64,000 nt of DNA from Gonapodya sp. JEL0774 (taxonomy: Eukaryota): positions 1-64,000 of the forward strand of contig JADIIX010000100.1 of the NCBI GenBank assembly GCA_027604505.1. Direction: 5' to 3'. A program made the position numbers and the translations under genes. Of the stretch, positions 27,149 through 43,000 are shown in pieces. The notes below the pieces were generated by a model. That model ran no database searches. It had not been told where the DNA came from and saw nothing but the letters and a program-made list of their open reading frames with translations. Numbering within the stretch: the first letter of the stretch is position 1; the number at the start of each line of letters is the position of its first letter.

Positions 27149-28316
27149 TAAAACTGGAACGTGAGAGCGTGCATTATGGGGTTGGGTGGAAGAAAGAGAG
27201 TGATTGGGCGGACTCACAGTGAATGTAAATCCATGATGCAGGGAAGATGAGAACGCATATGACAGCAAGTGCGAGGTTCGGCACTGTGCTCATTTTTGTT
27301 GCGAAGGTGTGAACCCGCTCTCTGAATCAAAACCTGGTTGTACTAAAAGGAATCTGTTTATCCGAGAGACAGGATGCAGTCCGCAGTTTGGAGGGCGTTC
27401 ATGGGTCTGCGACGGGTTCTGGTCCAATGGGACATCTTTTGGATCCTCCCGGTCCGAGATCTCGGGCTATCATCCAATCAGTCTCATGGTTTCCCATGAC
27501 CTTTGGATCAGCAACAAACATGATGAGGAATTAATTAGCTCTACCAGAAAGTGTTTCGTATCGTTGTTATGTTTTGTTTGTTACCTGTTCCCCGCAACTT
27601 TCATCTTATTTTTTTTTTTCCCTACTTATACCTGAGTGGGATCAGTTCCGGCCTGATCGGCCTGAAGGTTTTCCAGTTATTATGCGTGTAAAACACTGCC
27701 ACATCCGGCAATCTGGATACTGCGTATACATGCCACATTGTTGCAGATAACGCGTATCTATGTGATTATATAATGACCGACCGGCTTTTCAATTATGTTT
27801 GACGGAAGACTACAAGTTCTTCAAGTTTTATGAATCTTTCTTTTCCAGAGTCAAAGGTGGTGGAGGGGCGTTCTGGAGTTCATTGAGAAACCTGAAATGA
27901 TGGGCAAGCGAATTGCGTCAGGAAATCAAGGTGATGGGTAGCCGATCATGGAATTGCTGAGGCGGAGTTGGATTCTCCTTTGGGTGCGCGATGTGCCTCA
28001 CACTAGATAATTACTCGAGCCCACAAGAATTATTATGCTTGCAAGCTCTTTTCCTTGAAAATGTCCTCACTTTCACTTAGTGAATTGCACTGGGAGAGGG
28101 GTGTCAGAACAATCCGCTCGGACAGTCTGCTGGCACACCTGGAACGCACGGATGACCTTGCGCGATGAAATCAATCATTCATGGAAATGGCCACGACACT
28201 TCTTCTCGGTCTGTCACTCGCTGCCGTTGTTGCAGAATTCTGATACCCCGTAAACTCCCCTATGCGTATTCAACAATCGGACTTTCCTCCTCCACTGCTG
28301 ATTGACCGTGGTGGAC

Positions 28317-28850
28317 TCACCAAGTTGTCGAGCCCCACAGCCCTCCACCAGCCACGACGAGCACAAGCACGTGTAGACTCCAATCTGCTGCCCACCACAA
28401 TCCCAACAGGCTAACCATCATGCAGAAGAAGACCACATGAAACACGGCCTGGACCCGCTGGTTGGGGATGCCCGGTGTGAGGACGGAAAGCCAAACGTCC
28501 TCGGCAAGTGATACATTTGCGGGTTTATCGTTGCGACCAACTTGCGGGGAGCTCCTTGTGAAATGTCCTCCTTGATTGCCCTCAAGATGGTCAGGTTCAC
28601 CGTCCGACCCGATATCATGTCCCTCAGCAGGTGCCAATCCGTTTCCTCCTGTAGTCCCCGCTGTCGTAACGGCTTGGCCCTCCCTCTCCTGGCCAACTTC
28701 GAGCGCCCGCTTGAGCAATCCCGAACTCCCAATTTTCAGGAGCGTATCTGATATGTTCACGTCGCCATCTGCAGGTTCCGAGTCCAGGCCCCATCCCTCG
28801 TCCACCTCACTATGCTCGCTTGCAATTCCACTTGAAGGTAAATTCGACAT
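28317..28850 (-). CDS. PKR1: Pkr1-like ER membrane V-ATPase assembly factor; a short terminal exon probably lies downstream at about 28215-28259
   Basis: VWLSVLTPGIPN...two TM helices...SLHVLVLVVAGGGLWGSTTW resembles the Pkr1 family; a gtgagt donor follows. Confidence 0.7.
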   Translation of the reverse strand: MSNLPSSGIASEHSEVDEGWGLDSEPADGDVNISDTLLKIGSSGLLKRALEVGQEREGQAVTTAGTTGGNGLAPAEGHDIGSDGEPDHLEGNQGGHFTRSSPQVGRNDKPANVSLAEDVWLSVLTPGIPNQRVQAVFHVVFFCMMVSLLGLWWAADWSLHVLVLVVAGGGLWGSTTW

Positions 28851-28943
28851 CGATGGGTTGGGATTCCGGTCGGAGGCGCGGTCACCTAGCCACTCTCATC
28901 ACGCAATATTCTCTCAACAACAAATTCTCCTTACTTGATGTAA

Positions 28944-31758
<2,815 letters not shown>

Positions 31759-32141
31759 TTGTAGAATAGAGTGTTCGATTGGGGGCGGAAAAATCTATGT
31801 ATTGATTTGAAGTAGAAGCAATAGAATGCACATTTTCATTTTGGATTGTCCGGTGTGCTTTAAGAAGCCACGACCGACTTAATTGAGGGGAAAGGGCAAA
31901 GAACAGAAATTATACAAAGAATTGGAGAAAAGAAGTGTTTCACAACGATTATTGAAGCAGAATGTCATTGTTATCGCATTGAAGCAGAATGGCTTGGGCG
32001 TTGCATTCAGAGAGAAAAGCCAGTAAAGTTGGTCCCTGAGCCCAGTGGTTGTGGCGCAGTGTCCAAAGCATGAGCTTGAAAGAGCTGCTCCAAAAAACAA
32101 AAACTCAGACTCCCATTTCAAAACTGCATCCACTGTTGAAA

Positions 32142-34291
32142 ATGGCAAAAACGGCAGTCAAACCAGCAGCAGACAAGAAGGCAAAAGCCGCAGCCGTCAA
32201 GAACGCAAAGGTGAGCTCTAGAATAGTCCCGGTGATCGTTCAGACCAAGTGCCGATGCCATTTGCTCCTTGCCTTCTATCATGCTAGCCAGTGAAGGAGA
32301 AAGGTAAGTGTCCCTGCGATGAATCGCGGAGCAATGTCAAAGCTGGATTCCTAGCAGCTCTCTTGTCTTTTGAAGAAAGCTCATGTTTGGATATTTTTTC
32401 TCAGCACCTCCCCCACCCGTGGAGGATGATTCTTCCTCCGAGGAATCGTCATCAGAAGAGGAGGTCGTGAAACCTCTTGCCAAGAAGCCCGTTGCTAATG
32501 GCAAGGCGACCCCTGCTTCTGCGAAGAAGTGGGTTGAGGGAATGACGATTTTTGTTTTGCCGCGTAGCCAAAGTTTTCCTGCACCAACAAACTTTGCTGC
32601 GATTCATCAGGGCTGTCAAAGAAGAAAGCTCTGACTCCGACAGTAGCAACGATTCCGAAGAGGAGGAAGAGAAACCCGCCGCCAAGCCAGTGCCGGTGAA
32701 AGCTGCTGCTGTTCCCAAATCCGCCAACGGCAAGGGTGCTCCCGCTAAAAAGGAGGAATCCTCTTCCGACGAAGAGTCGGAATCCGACTCGGAATCGGAG
32801 GAGGAGGAGGCAAAACCTACAGCCAACGGCAAGCCTGCTCCAGCTGCCGCCGCTGCCGCGAAGAAGGAGGAATCCGATTCTTCGGATGAGGAATCATCTG
32901 ACGAAGAGGAAGAGGAAGAAGCCGTACGTATCAATATGTGAAGAAGATGACTCTTATATGTCATCGATTGACGCGAGTTTCTGATCGGTAACCTTTATTT
33001 CTCCGATTAAACAGAAGGCGAAACCCGCTGCCAAAGAAGATGATGACGAGGAGGACGATGACGAAGATGAGGACGACGAGGACGAGGAGATGGAGGAGGC
33101 CGAAAAACCTGCTCCTAAAGCTAACAAGAGGAAAGCTGACAATTCTGAGGCGGATACCAATGCCAACAAGAAGCCCAAGTCTGGCGAATCCGAATCTGCT
33201 ACCTGCTTTGTCGGAAATTTGAGCTGGAACGTTGATGAGGACATGCTCAGGTCTACGTTCTCAAGCTGTGGTGAAATTGTCGGTTGCAAGATCGCCATGG
33301 ACAGGGCCACAGGAAAAGCAAGAGGGTGAGATTTTACTCTCCTTGAATTCCCGATTTCTTTTGGACTCATGCTTCGTTTGACGTGTTTTCCACACAGGTT
33401 CGGGTTTGTTGACTTCAGCAGCCCTGCCGAGGCACAAGCCGCCGTCACCAAATTCAACGAGTACGAACTTGACGGACGAGCAATCCGTGTCAATGTTGCA
33501 GTTCCACGCGAGGAAATGAACAATGGAGGCCAGCGTGGTGGTGCCCGCGGTCGTGGCGACAGGGGCGGCAGGGGCGGCAACTCCCAGAGGGAAGCGAACC
33601 CGCCTGGCAAAACACTTTGGGTCGGCAACTTGAGTTACAGCACAAACGAGGATGCTTTGTACGAAAGCTTTGGAGACTACGGCGTCAAGCATGTGCGACT
33701 CCCCACAGACCCAGATACCGGTAAACCAAAAGGGTGAGACTCACAATCCAATGATTTGCTGACGCGTGAAGCTGTTTTCGACCATTGATGAACTTCAACT
33801 TGCGCAGGTTTGCGTACGTCGAGTTCGGGTCTCCCGAGGAGGCCACGACCGCTTATGAAGGCATGAACGGCCAAGATCTCGGAGGTCGCTCGATCAAATT
33901 GGACTATGCTCCAGAGAGGAACACTGGTTCGTATTTACACTGGTTTATGTGTTCCGTTTCTTATTATTCTAACCCTAAGGCGTTTATTCTGGACGTACTC
34001 TAGACGGTGGAGGCCGCGGGGGACGTGGTGGTGGTCGCGGTGGATTTGGTGACCGAGGTGGGCGTGGAGGTCGTGGTGGAGGTCGTGGTGGATTCGGAGA
34101 CCGAGGTGGCCGCGGTGGATTCGGAGATCGGGGCGGTCGCGGTGGTCGCGGAGGACCGCGCGGAGGAGGTCGTGGAGGTAAGTATCACGTTCGCACTTCC
34201 TGTACCTGATTTGGCTAATTGTGTGTGCACTTTAGGTTTCCGGGGTGGTGCTGGCAAGCCTGCGGGAACAAAGACAACATTTGATGATTAA
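32142..34291 (+). CDS. NSR1: Nucleolin-like protein (Nsr1/gar2): acidic-Ser blocks, two RRMs, RGG tail
   Basis: CFVGNLSWNVDE..KARGFGFVDF and LWVGNLSY..KPKGFAYVEF, followed by RGG repeats and terminal KTTFDD. Confidence 0.93.
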
Positions 34292-34679
34292 GGATCTAAG
34301 AATTGATATGCACTTAAAAAATTCAAATGATTTTTGGTGTAGCAGTATATCAATTGAAATAGAAATGAGCACTTTTACTGATTCTATTGTCAAGATCATG
34401 CAGCCTGAAGCAGGATTGCCTTCTTGGCGAAGTATATAAAGGGTGATTTAAATGGGCAGCTCGCATATGCTGCCGTCAAGGCACGTGCAACGAAGCGGTA
34501 CAAGTCACACCGCCGGCCGGGGTGAGCTTCACAGCTTTGGAGCGGTTGACAGTTCTGTAAGCACTTACTAGTAATTGGAACCAGTACGCGTTGCATCAAG
34601 CGACAAGGCAAACGGAGGATCGGATGTGCGCACTACATGAGTTAAGCTGAGTGTACAATGGAAAATTGTGTTCAATAAG

Positions 34680-37460
34680 CTACACTTTTGACTGTCTCAG
34701 TTCGGTAACAATGGATCCAAGGACTTTCTCTAAACGCGGGTGGCCAGCGAGTACCATGAGCTCATCTTCATATTGTAAAAGGGCGGGTAAATTTTGTTGT
34801 GGGATCGCGAGATTCCGCAGTAGCACGGCTGCAGTGAGAGGAATTCCCGACAGCTCCAAATGCGAGGGTGCCGGTCGATTAGGAACCGATGTTCGCGAGT
34901 GCTCTGCCTGTGATGCTGCTAGGGTGCCTACGGACGCTGTATGCTGATATACGAACGATGATTGCTTTTGTTCCACATGTTTATGTTCCGCTGCCTGTTT
35001 TCCCAAGAGTGGTTCATGCAGACGCATGTGCCTGAGTAGAGATCCTCTTGACGGAGCTGGAGCAGACTCAGTGTACTTGCTGCACGTCTTCCACCGACAA
35101 ACGTTTTGAGGACCGGAAAGGTGCACTTCGAAGACATGGCGATGAAGTTCTTTGGGGTCAATGAGGGCCTGTTGGCAGCCTACCCAGGCGCAAGTTGAAC
35201 GAGTCGCTGCGGTTGGTCGAACTAGAATCGCCATATGTCAGCAGAAAATATTTTTAATATCCAATGATGGCATTTACCATCTGTGGAACCCTCTCCTAAC
35301 GTATGATCTTTTGGAACCACATCGATATCCATTGCCGATGAAACAACTGGTGGTGCAGTCCAAACATTGTTGGACGGTAGAAGTCATTGGTCAGAGTGCG
35401 CACTGTTTCCTTCACCTTGATCGACTCGCATCTTGTCCACCGTACTGTCCCCGGTAATTGCGTTTGATTGATCAGCGCCACTGCCAGTTGCCTGGTTGGG
35501 ATCCGCTGTTCCGATCGTAACGTCTGCCTTCCATCGCAAACCACGAAGTAAAAGGGCTATCAACGACGAGTGATCAGCAGCAACCTAAACAAGAACCATT
35601 TCGCTGTCAAGACGAACCCGAGAGTTTACTATCCCATTCCTCCGATATACCATCAAAAGTGTTGCTTGCAACAGCAACAAGGTCGATAAGTGTGATAGCT
35701 TGGCTTCCATGACGTTGACAGTAAACTCCAAATTCTCGATAGAGATCAGAGAGGGGTAAATACGACTGGGACGATTGATTGACGTGTGCCAAAAGCCTAC
35801 ACGCGAATTGCGTTGTCCGTTCAGCAAATCTCGAGCACGACATCAGTTGAGAAAGCGTTATTCCGTACCATTGTTGCGCCTTGTAGTGGTTTGGCGTCAT
35901 TGTCACTGACGGTTTCGGTGCCTTGAGAGCAAACATTTCAGCCACAAGATGCTAATTAGCACATGGTAAGCAAGTACGTACGAGTCCCGTTCCCATTTTG
36001 ACGTTAGTAGCGACTGTCGGCGATCGTGTACCCCACTGCTCTCCTGCTTTCCATCCACGCTCTATCAGAGCTACCAACACCCCAACAAAGCCCGCTGGTG
36101 CATTTGCCACAATCTCTACTCCAATTTCTGAATGCAAGCTTGCAAGCTGGCAAAGCACTTCTAAAGTCACATAGCAGAGCTCGTCATCCCCTTGTGCCAT
36201 GGCGAGCTGGCACAAACGTATTTGGAAATACGGGTCATCCAAAACTCCCTTCACAGTGAACAGAGATGCATTTGCGTCGTTTCCAATCAAATTGCTGAGT
36301 GAAGTCAGAGCGGCAACGACAGTGGGCCGGGAGGATGATGCAATGAAGCGCACAATCGCTGGCAGGAACGGATTATCCCGATATCCAAGAAGTAAAAAAG
36401 GTGAACAATACGAAAATATGTCGAGACAATGTTCCGATATCTCAGCGAGCCTCGCAGTCGCAGTGTTCAATGAGAGCCCGAAAGCCAACAATCGAAGAAC
36501 CAACGCATTCTTTGCCATAAACGCCGCGTTGGCATCCAATGTTGCCAAATTGCGGAGAATATGAAGAGGAATTACAGCGTCGTGGAATGGCAATAAACTG
36601 GATGTGTTGTTAAGCAGACCAACAAGGTCGGGAGGGCTGGATGTGACCAGGGGCTCTTCTGAAGCTATGGACATGTCATAGAGAACAGAGTCACCGATAT
36701 TCCCAACCGCGATTGGTCGTAATCTATCCAAGGCGTGATTGACAAGATTGTCAAGTAGAAAAGGGATCCCCGCTACATCAATGTTCAGAGTATTAGAGAT
36801 TTTCGCAAGCTTTGCGAGAGACCATGCCGTCTCGTTCGGAAGTTGCGATTCCAGAGCCAAGGCAAGTCGATTGGCAGGGCCCGTATGCAAAAGGCTGAAG
36901 TCTAACAATGAATATTCGGTTACGGAGCCGAGCGAGGCAATTGAGAGAACACATCCCACCGTTTTCAAGGACAGGACGAGCAGCCGGGATAAGTTCTGGA
37001 AATATGCGAACGATGGACTTCGGCTCTCCTCCGTCAAGGTCTTGGTTCGATTACACGTCAAGAAAGGTCGACCGCAGAAGTACAAATTTCGTAACACCAA
37101 CCATCGTCCGAGGTGGGAACCGCATGGTCCGGAATAGGTGTTTCTTCTTTTGCATTGCTAGCAAAAAGATTCGTACCAGAATCCACCAATTCCCCGTTCT
37201 GTTTCTTCACTCCGCCTCCTGGGGGTCTTCCTGGCTTCCGTCGTGCCGTACCCGGCTCCTCTTTGATCCCATCTTTCGTCGCGTGTCCACCAACTTGCCC
37301 GTCCTATTGGGAGAAAGAAATTGTGTGTATTGGATCGGATCTTTGTTCTTAAGATATCACTCACAAACCCGTTGACAAACCCAGCCCGTATTCCATGGAT
37401 TTGACTCTCCACTCCAGCTCCCATTCCTCTGACCTCCGTGCCTATAGCGGAGTCCATCAT
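34680..37460 (-). CDS. RSC9: Rsc9/ARID2-like chromatin-remodelling subunit (ARM region, RFX-like winged helix, C2H2 fingers)
   Basis: RLALALESQLPNETAWSLAKL, LSDLYREFGVYC, CAWVGC..LHRHVFEVH, CRWKTC..LLRHMRLH and SGIPLTAAVLLRNL. An AT-hook-like RRKPGRPP occurs in exon 2. Confidence 0.75.
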
Positions 37461-39807
37461 ATCAAAACAATCCAGGAATTCAGAGATAAGGGGTGTGGTG
37501 CGGTGGTGCTAAGGACTATGTTGGGTTCGTCCAACCCTCTTTCCATAGGATTTCTTACCATGAAATTAAAATTTTGAGGTGTTGCTTTGGATTTTAATTA
37601 TCCTACGTTTAACTGGTGGTATTTTAGCTATTATTTTTCCTCGTCATCGTGCTATTTTAGGTATGTAGGCTTGTCGGTTAGTTGTAGAAGCTTCTAAATA
37701 AATAATACCAATAGAAATAAGCATAACCAGAGAACCAGCTCTGCACCGCTAGGCATCTCCGGTACATGCAAGCGTTCGGTGCCTGTCCCGGCCACGTTAA
37801 AAGGGTAGCTAGGTGGACCTCTTCCCGCTCAACGACCTTCGACGCTCCACAATGCTCATTCTTCAAACGCCCAAACAAAAACGCAGAGGTGGAATGCCGA
37901 CCGTGAAGACACCAGATCTGACAGAGAAAGAGAAAGTGGATAGTCTCGAGCTGGGGTGCTGGAGCTACTCACTGCAAATGCACCACCCGCGAGCATTCCA
38001 CATATGTTGTACCTATGCCAAATTTGGGGAGAATTGGGGCGACACACTTTTCGAGTTGTTCTTAGGAACCGGTCGAGTCGCTGGTCCGAATTTGACTGGA
38101 GACCGATTCGCCCCCGGGAGGGGAGATTGACGCGAAGAAGGCATGAGGAAGCGGATCAAGGGGGTGACGAGCAGAAAAACGTGCCTCGCGTTGCGTGGAA
38201 GTCGAGGGAATGCAGGCGGAGAAGAGGAGGAAAGGAAGGGACATGCAACGAACAATCCCTACCGGCACTGACAATTCAGATCCAATCCGCATCTCCCGTC
38301 CCGTCAGATCCCACCTGTGACGATTTGTGAGGGAGAGGTGGGAGGGGTAGGGTGCATGGGGGCTGTCCTCTGCAACACAAGTCTGATTGCTCTCCACATA
38401 ATTATTTACTATGTCGATGTGGCAGGGCCTCAAAGTGTGACGGACCCACAGCTCGCGCCATGACCAGCAGTGCGAAAGATCGAGTTTGCTCCATATTCCG
38501 CGAGCGGAACCCGATGTCGAACAGTATTATCATGTAGCGATCTTTTTGTAGTGAAATTAATTTAAGCCAAACTCGAGCCTTTGGGTGCTCGAGCTCGATC
38601 TTTGAGGAGCGTCTCGCGAGAGCTGATGAGGAAGGCGAAGATTCTGATTCTCCCTCCTCCCATCCATCATCTTACAGAAGTGAATTGTGCGTTGACATGC
38701 TGCAGTGGATGGCTTGTGGATGGTAAAAATTGCGACCTGGTTGGTGTGTTCATCTTCTAACCTCGATCTGACTTGCACATCGCGAATGAAACCCATCACG
38801 AGTCACCTGTCACCAGAACAGAGACTTAATTCGGCTTCAGTAAACAAAATCAATTACGTGGGACTAATAGTGCGCATAAAATCATGGTTGGTGATGGATT
38901 CTTCACTCCTGACGATCACTGTCCATCACCGAATGTACAACGCTCTTGTCGAGCTCATCCTTCGTATCGTGGTTCCAAGCCCTCTCGTGCACTTCCATAT
39001 TGAACAAGCTCAATAATATCTGTCGGCAATACTGGTATCCAGACAAGACGTGCCATGACGCAACCAAACCCGCGACGGCTTGCTGGGCTGTGACATAGTG
39101 TGATGAAAGACGGCGGAGGATGGGCGGATCCAAGAGTCAGTTCTCGAGCAGTTGGGATGAACGCTCCAAGTAATCGAGTTCAACACCCCCCCTTGGTATC
39201 TGAGGAATTTGATCAACACGGGGATGTCAATTACTGGGCGCAACGATTTTTCCTGTGCAACGTCCTCGATGCAATGGGAGGAGTCGGTGGTTCTGATATC
39301 AGTGGTTCAGATCCGCCTTGAGCACAAGAGAGCTATTACTGAACGATTGGCTCGCATCTTACCTCAAGTTGTCTCTCAGCCACCTACCCTAGACAAGTTA
39401 CAAACGTTGTTCCATGTCACGATGCTCTTGATTCCCGGCGTGCACATGAAACCCGCGACAGTCGCCATGGCAGAATGCATCACCACTGCACGTGTGATGA
39501 TAACCAGTAGCAGGGACTCCCTCACTACGTACTTACTTCGAAATGTCATCTGGTGTCTGACTCAAAATTTTTGCGCGGATTTTCGCCAAAAAAGAAACAA
39601 AAATATTCTGACTTGCTGAGTTCTTCGATAGAATGCGGCTTGGATGAACAACGAGTATGTTGTTACCCCTTCCGTCCTCTCAACGCTGTCAGTTTGATGG
39701 TATCCTTCATGATCGAATTTTCCATTCGATTCATTAAATTTTCTACTGTGCAACACTACGTGTCTGAGTCCTCCATGCCCTATGGTTCCTGCCTGTTTTG
39801 CAGTAGA

Positions 39808-39848
39808 ATGAAGATAGTACGGAGGATGAAGATAGTACGGAGGATGGA
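39808..39848. repeat. 18-bp tandem duplication
   Basis: atgaagatagtacggagg x2 followed by atg. Confidence 0.9.
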
Positions 39849-40093
39849 GTTCGTTGGCGAAGTGATATCAAAAGAATAATGAATTGGGTTTCAATCAGGA
39901 AAGCGTGATATTGTACCTTCATCGGATTTTTATTTTGTTACGTAATATGCCTTTTCCGAATTTTCTTTGCGAGAATAACAAAGAATATCGAAGTGATCCA
40001 AACCAGCTTCAGATACCGACGCCGTAAAACAACACTTGAGATAATTGTAGGAAGAGTTCAGATCGTGCGTTGGCTGACAGCTACATTCTCCAC

Positions 40094-43000
40094 TTACATT
40101 TTACTTTCTGACTGCCCAGGGCAGACAACTTGATCCTCCTCGACACGTTCCACTCCAGAACAGCCGTCTTTACGTTCCACTTCGGGTGCGCTGTGAGTTG
40201 ATCGAAAATCATCGTCATCCAGGTATTCTCCTCCGGGGAAGTCTCCTTCTCCACTCTGATTCGAAGGTGCGAAATCGTTCGAAGGATAGTCGTCGTCATC
40301 AAAGAGCCCTCCTCCAGGGAGATCTCCTTCGCCACTTTGATTCGAAGGTACAAAATCATTTGAGGGATAGTCGTCGTCATCAAATAGTCCGCCTCCAGGG
40401 AGATCTCCATCTCCACTTTGATTCGAAGGTACGAAATCGTTTGAGGGATAGTCGTCGTCATCAAATAGTCCGCCTCCAGGGAGATCTCCATCTCCACTCT
40501 GATTTGAAGGGATAATGTCGCTTGGAGGAAGGTTCTCCGCTGAAGCGGACTGGAGTTCGCTGGTTACAAGTCCGTGGAACTTGGAAGCGACTAAAGCACT
40601 AGGTCTCACCTCACTCGGAACTTCAATATGAACTCTATTAAGTGTTGCTGGTTTGTCATCTCGACTTATTGCGACGTAAGAGGTATAGCGGGTTGCGATA
40701 CCATCTTCAAATTGCGAAATTCAAAAGCCATTGGTTCGTACGTATCAGAAGAACCGGACTCACACGTGGTACCCAGATCAACGATTTCCGCCTTCAACTT
40801 TGAGACAGGAACGTCTTCCCCTGGTAAAGCGTGAAGCCAGCTGGTCCCTTCTTCGACATCTTGTACGAGCTTCCGCGCCGCCATCACGTGAAGAAGTGGC
40901 TTCGCTGAGCTCTCAAGAATATTATCACGGGGAATCTCAACTTTCAACTCCATTGGCCCATCGATACCGACACCCGAGATCTGAACGATTGAAGGATCTG
41001 GTACTGTCTCATCCAGAATTGCATAGCTTATGTACCGCTGCCCAGGGTAGAGTGGCGGTGAGTGAAATGGTGCAGATTGAATAGACGGTTTCCGAGAAGC
41101 TATAGTTTCTTGATAGAGAGATGTCTTGTTTACGTCTGACGGGGTAGGTTGAATTTGGTCACCCCATGTAACCTGGCAACCCAAAGATCAGCTAGTTGAC
41201 GATGAGCACTGAGACAAACGGGATGCACACCTTTAGATTTCGTATGAAAGCACTTTGTGCTATATTCACAACCTTATGTATTCTCGTAGTGAGGTCCTCC
41301 TGATTTGAAATTGTTTCCGACATTCCCATTCCAGCACGCGCAAATCCGCGTAACAGGAGACTCCACACGCCCTCGCCTACTGCAAATGTGAAGAAACGTG
41401 TGTTCGATTGGTGGCTCGTTCTTGCGACAAGATCAAGTATTTGCCTGGAGTTGATGAGCACCCCTCGGGTGAGCACCTGCGACAAGCTGAAATTGAGTGG
41501 ACTGATTGAGAAGCTCAGAAAAACCAAATGAACCTACCATCACACTCCGCTGCTGACCGCTACGTATGGGGGCAGCTGCAACTGCTTCAAGTGCCGACAG
41601 CAAGTTGCAACCGCCCATATCCCCAGCGAAGTTTGTAACAGCACGCTCTCTTGCGAAACTTTTATTGTCTTCAGTTGCGGAGACGGAGTTTGGAAAGAGC
41701 GGAACAAATGCAGAGCCAAAGCCTATGACGTTGAAAGTAGCCGAAGCAGGAAGTGCTGCCAACAGGGTATCCAAAGCTGACCTTGCAATCTCGATCACAG
41801 GCGTCATCGACCCCGACCTTACGAATGTAGCATAGTGAAATACGTCACCAGAGTTCAATTTAATTTTTAACCAACTTCTCACTCTGTCCTCACCGGTCAA
41901 CAAGGATTGCAAACTCCGTTGACACTGTGTTGAGGTTGAATTTAGGTACGAACGTGACCATCGCACACGTTGTGCCGGTTTGGGGATTGCGTTCAAGCGC
42001 CGATCTGAAGGGGCATGACAGTTATCGAACCTCAAATACGACGCCACGATCACACCTACCTGGGTTTGTCAAGCCCGCGAGACCTTACAACCAAGTAAAA
42101 ATCGTGATCGAGATAAACAGAATCTTGCACCAGCCTGACTGTTGTATGCTTGGGATTCTCTGGATCCATACTAACATCCACAGAGTGCGAGGTGGAATCC
42201 ACAAATGAAGCAGGACCACCAGTTAACCGAATGTCTACGTCGATGGTTAATTTGTAGCCACCACGACTTTCGGGATACGCAAAGGAATCTGCAAGCGCAG
42301 CATTTGGTAATTTTGAGAGAGCTGTTGCGGGAAGTTTGAAGAGTAGCTCATCGAGTTGAAGATTTGTTGCACATTCTTGGACATAGGTGATCCGAACTGT
42401 TGCTGATTGTCCCGGAGCAATGTTGCCAACAAGTATCTGGAATACTGAGCGTTAAAAACATGAACTCAGTGACAATAAGTCCATTACGCGCTGGTATGAC
42501 TGATGACTGACACTCACCATTTGAATTGTTCTCATTCCCTTCCAGTAAAAACGCCCTCTTCCCAGTGGACACCGCTTCCGTGTACTGCTTTGCGGCTACC
42601 CCACGCTCTTTGCAAAGGCCCCTTATCACTTTCCCATCGACTTCAGCCTCGAAACCGTTGATCGCTGCGCCTTCTTCTATTGGAAACCGGTATGATGCTT
42701 CGAGTGCGAGAGTTCCCTCGTTGAAATAAGTTTGAGAAATTGTAACAGAGGCAACACAGTCCACTATGTTGACCTGGATTGCAACTCTCCTGAGTGGGAC
42801 AATTGTAGGCGGAACCGATGCTCCAAACGGCACAGCAAGGAGACCCCACAGAGTCAAACTAAGGCTTGCCACTGCACTTGATAGTGAGACCTCATTGGAA
42901 GCTACAAATTCGGTTGTGTCAGGAACGCCCAGTGGTGTCGCCGATTCTGGAAGCGAAAAAGCACCGGAAGTTAAGACAGGAGCTGGCATTGATTGGATAT

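Noticed and set aside
32300..33810. Possible intronic snoRNAs in NSR1 (and eIF4A) introns
   Set aside because: No convincing C/D box pair with terminal stem or H/ACA structure was recognisable.
40207..40511. CRISPR-like periodicity
   Set aside because: In-frame coding tandem repeat without unique spacers, in a eukaryote.
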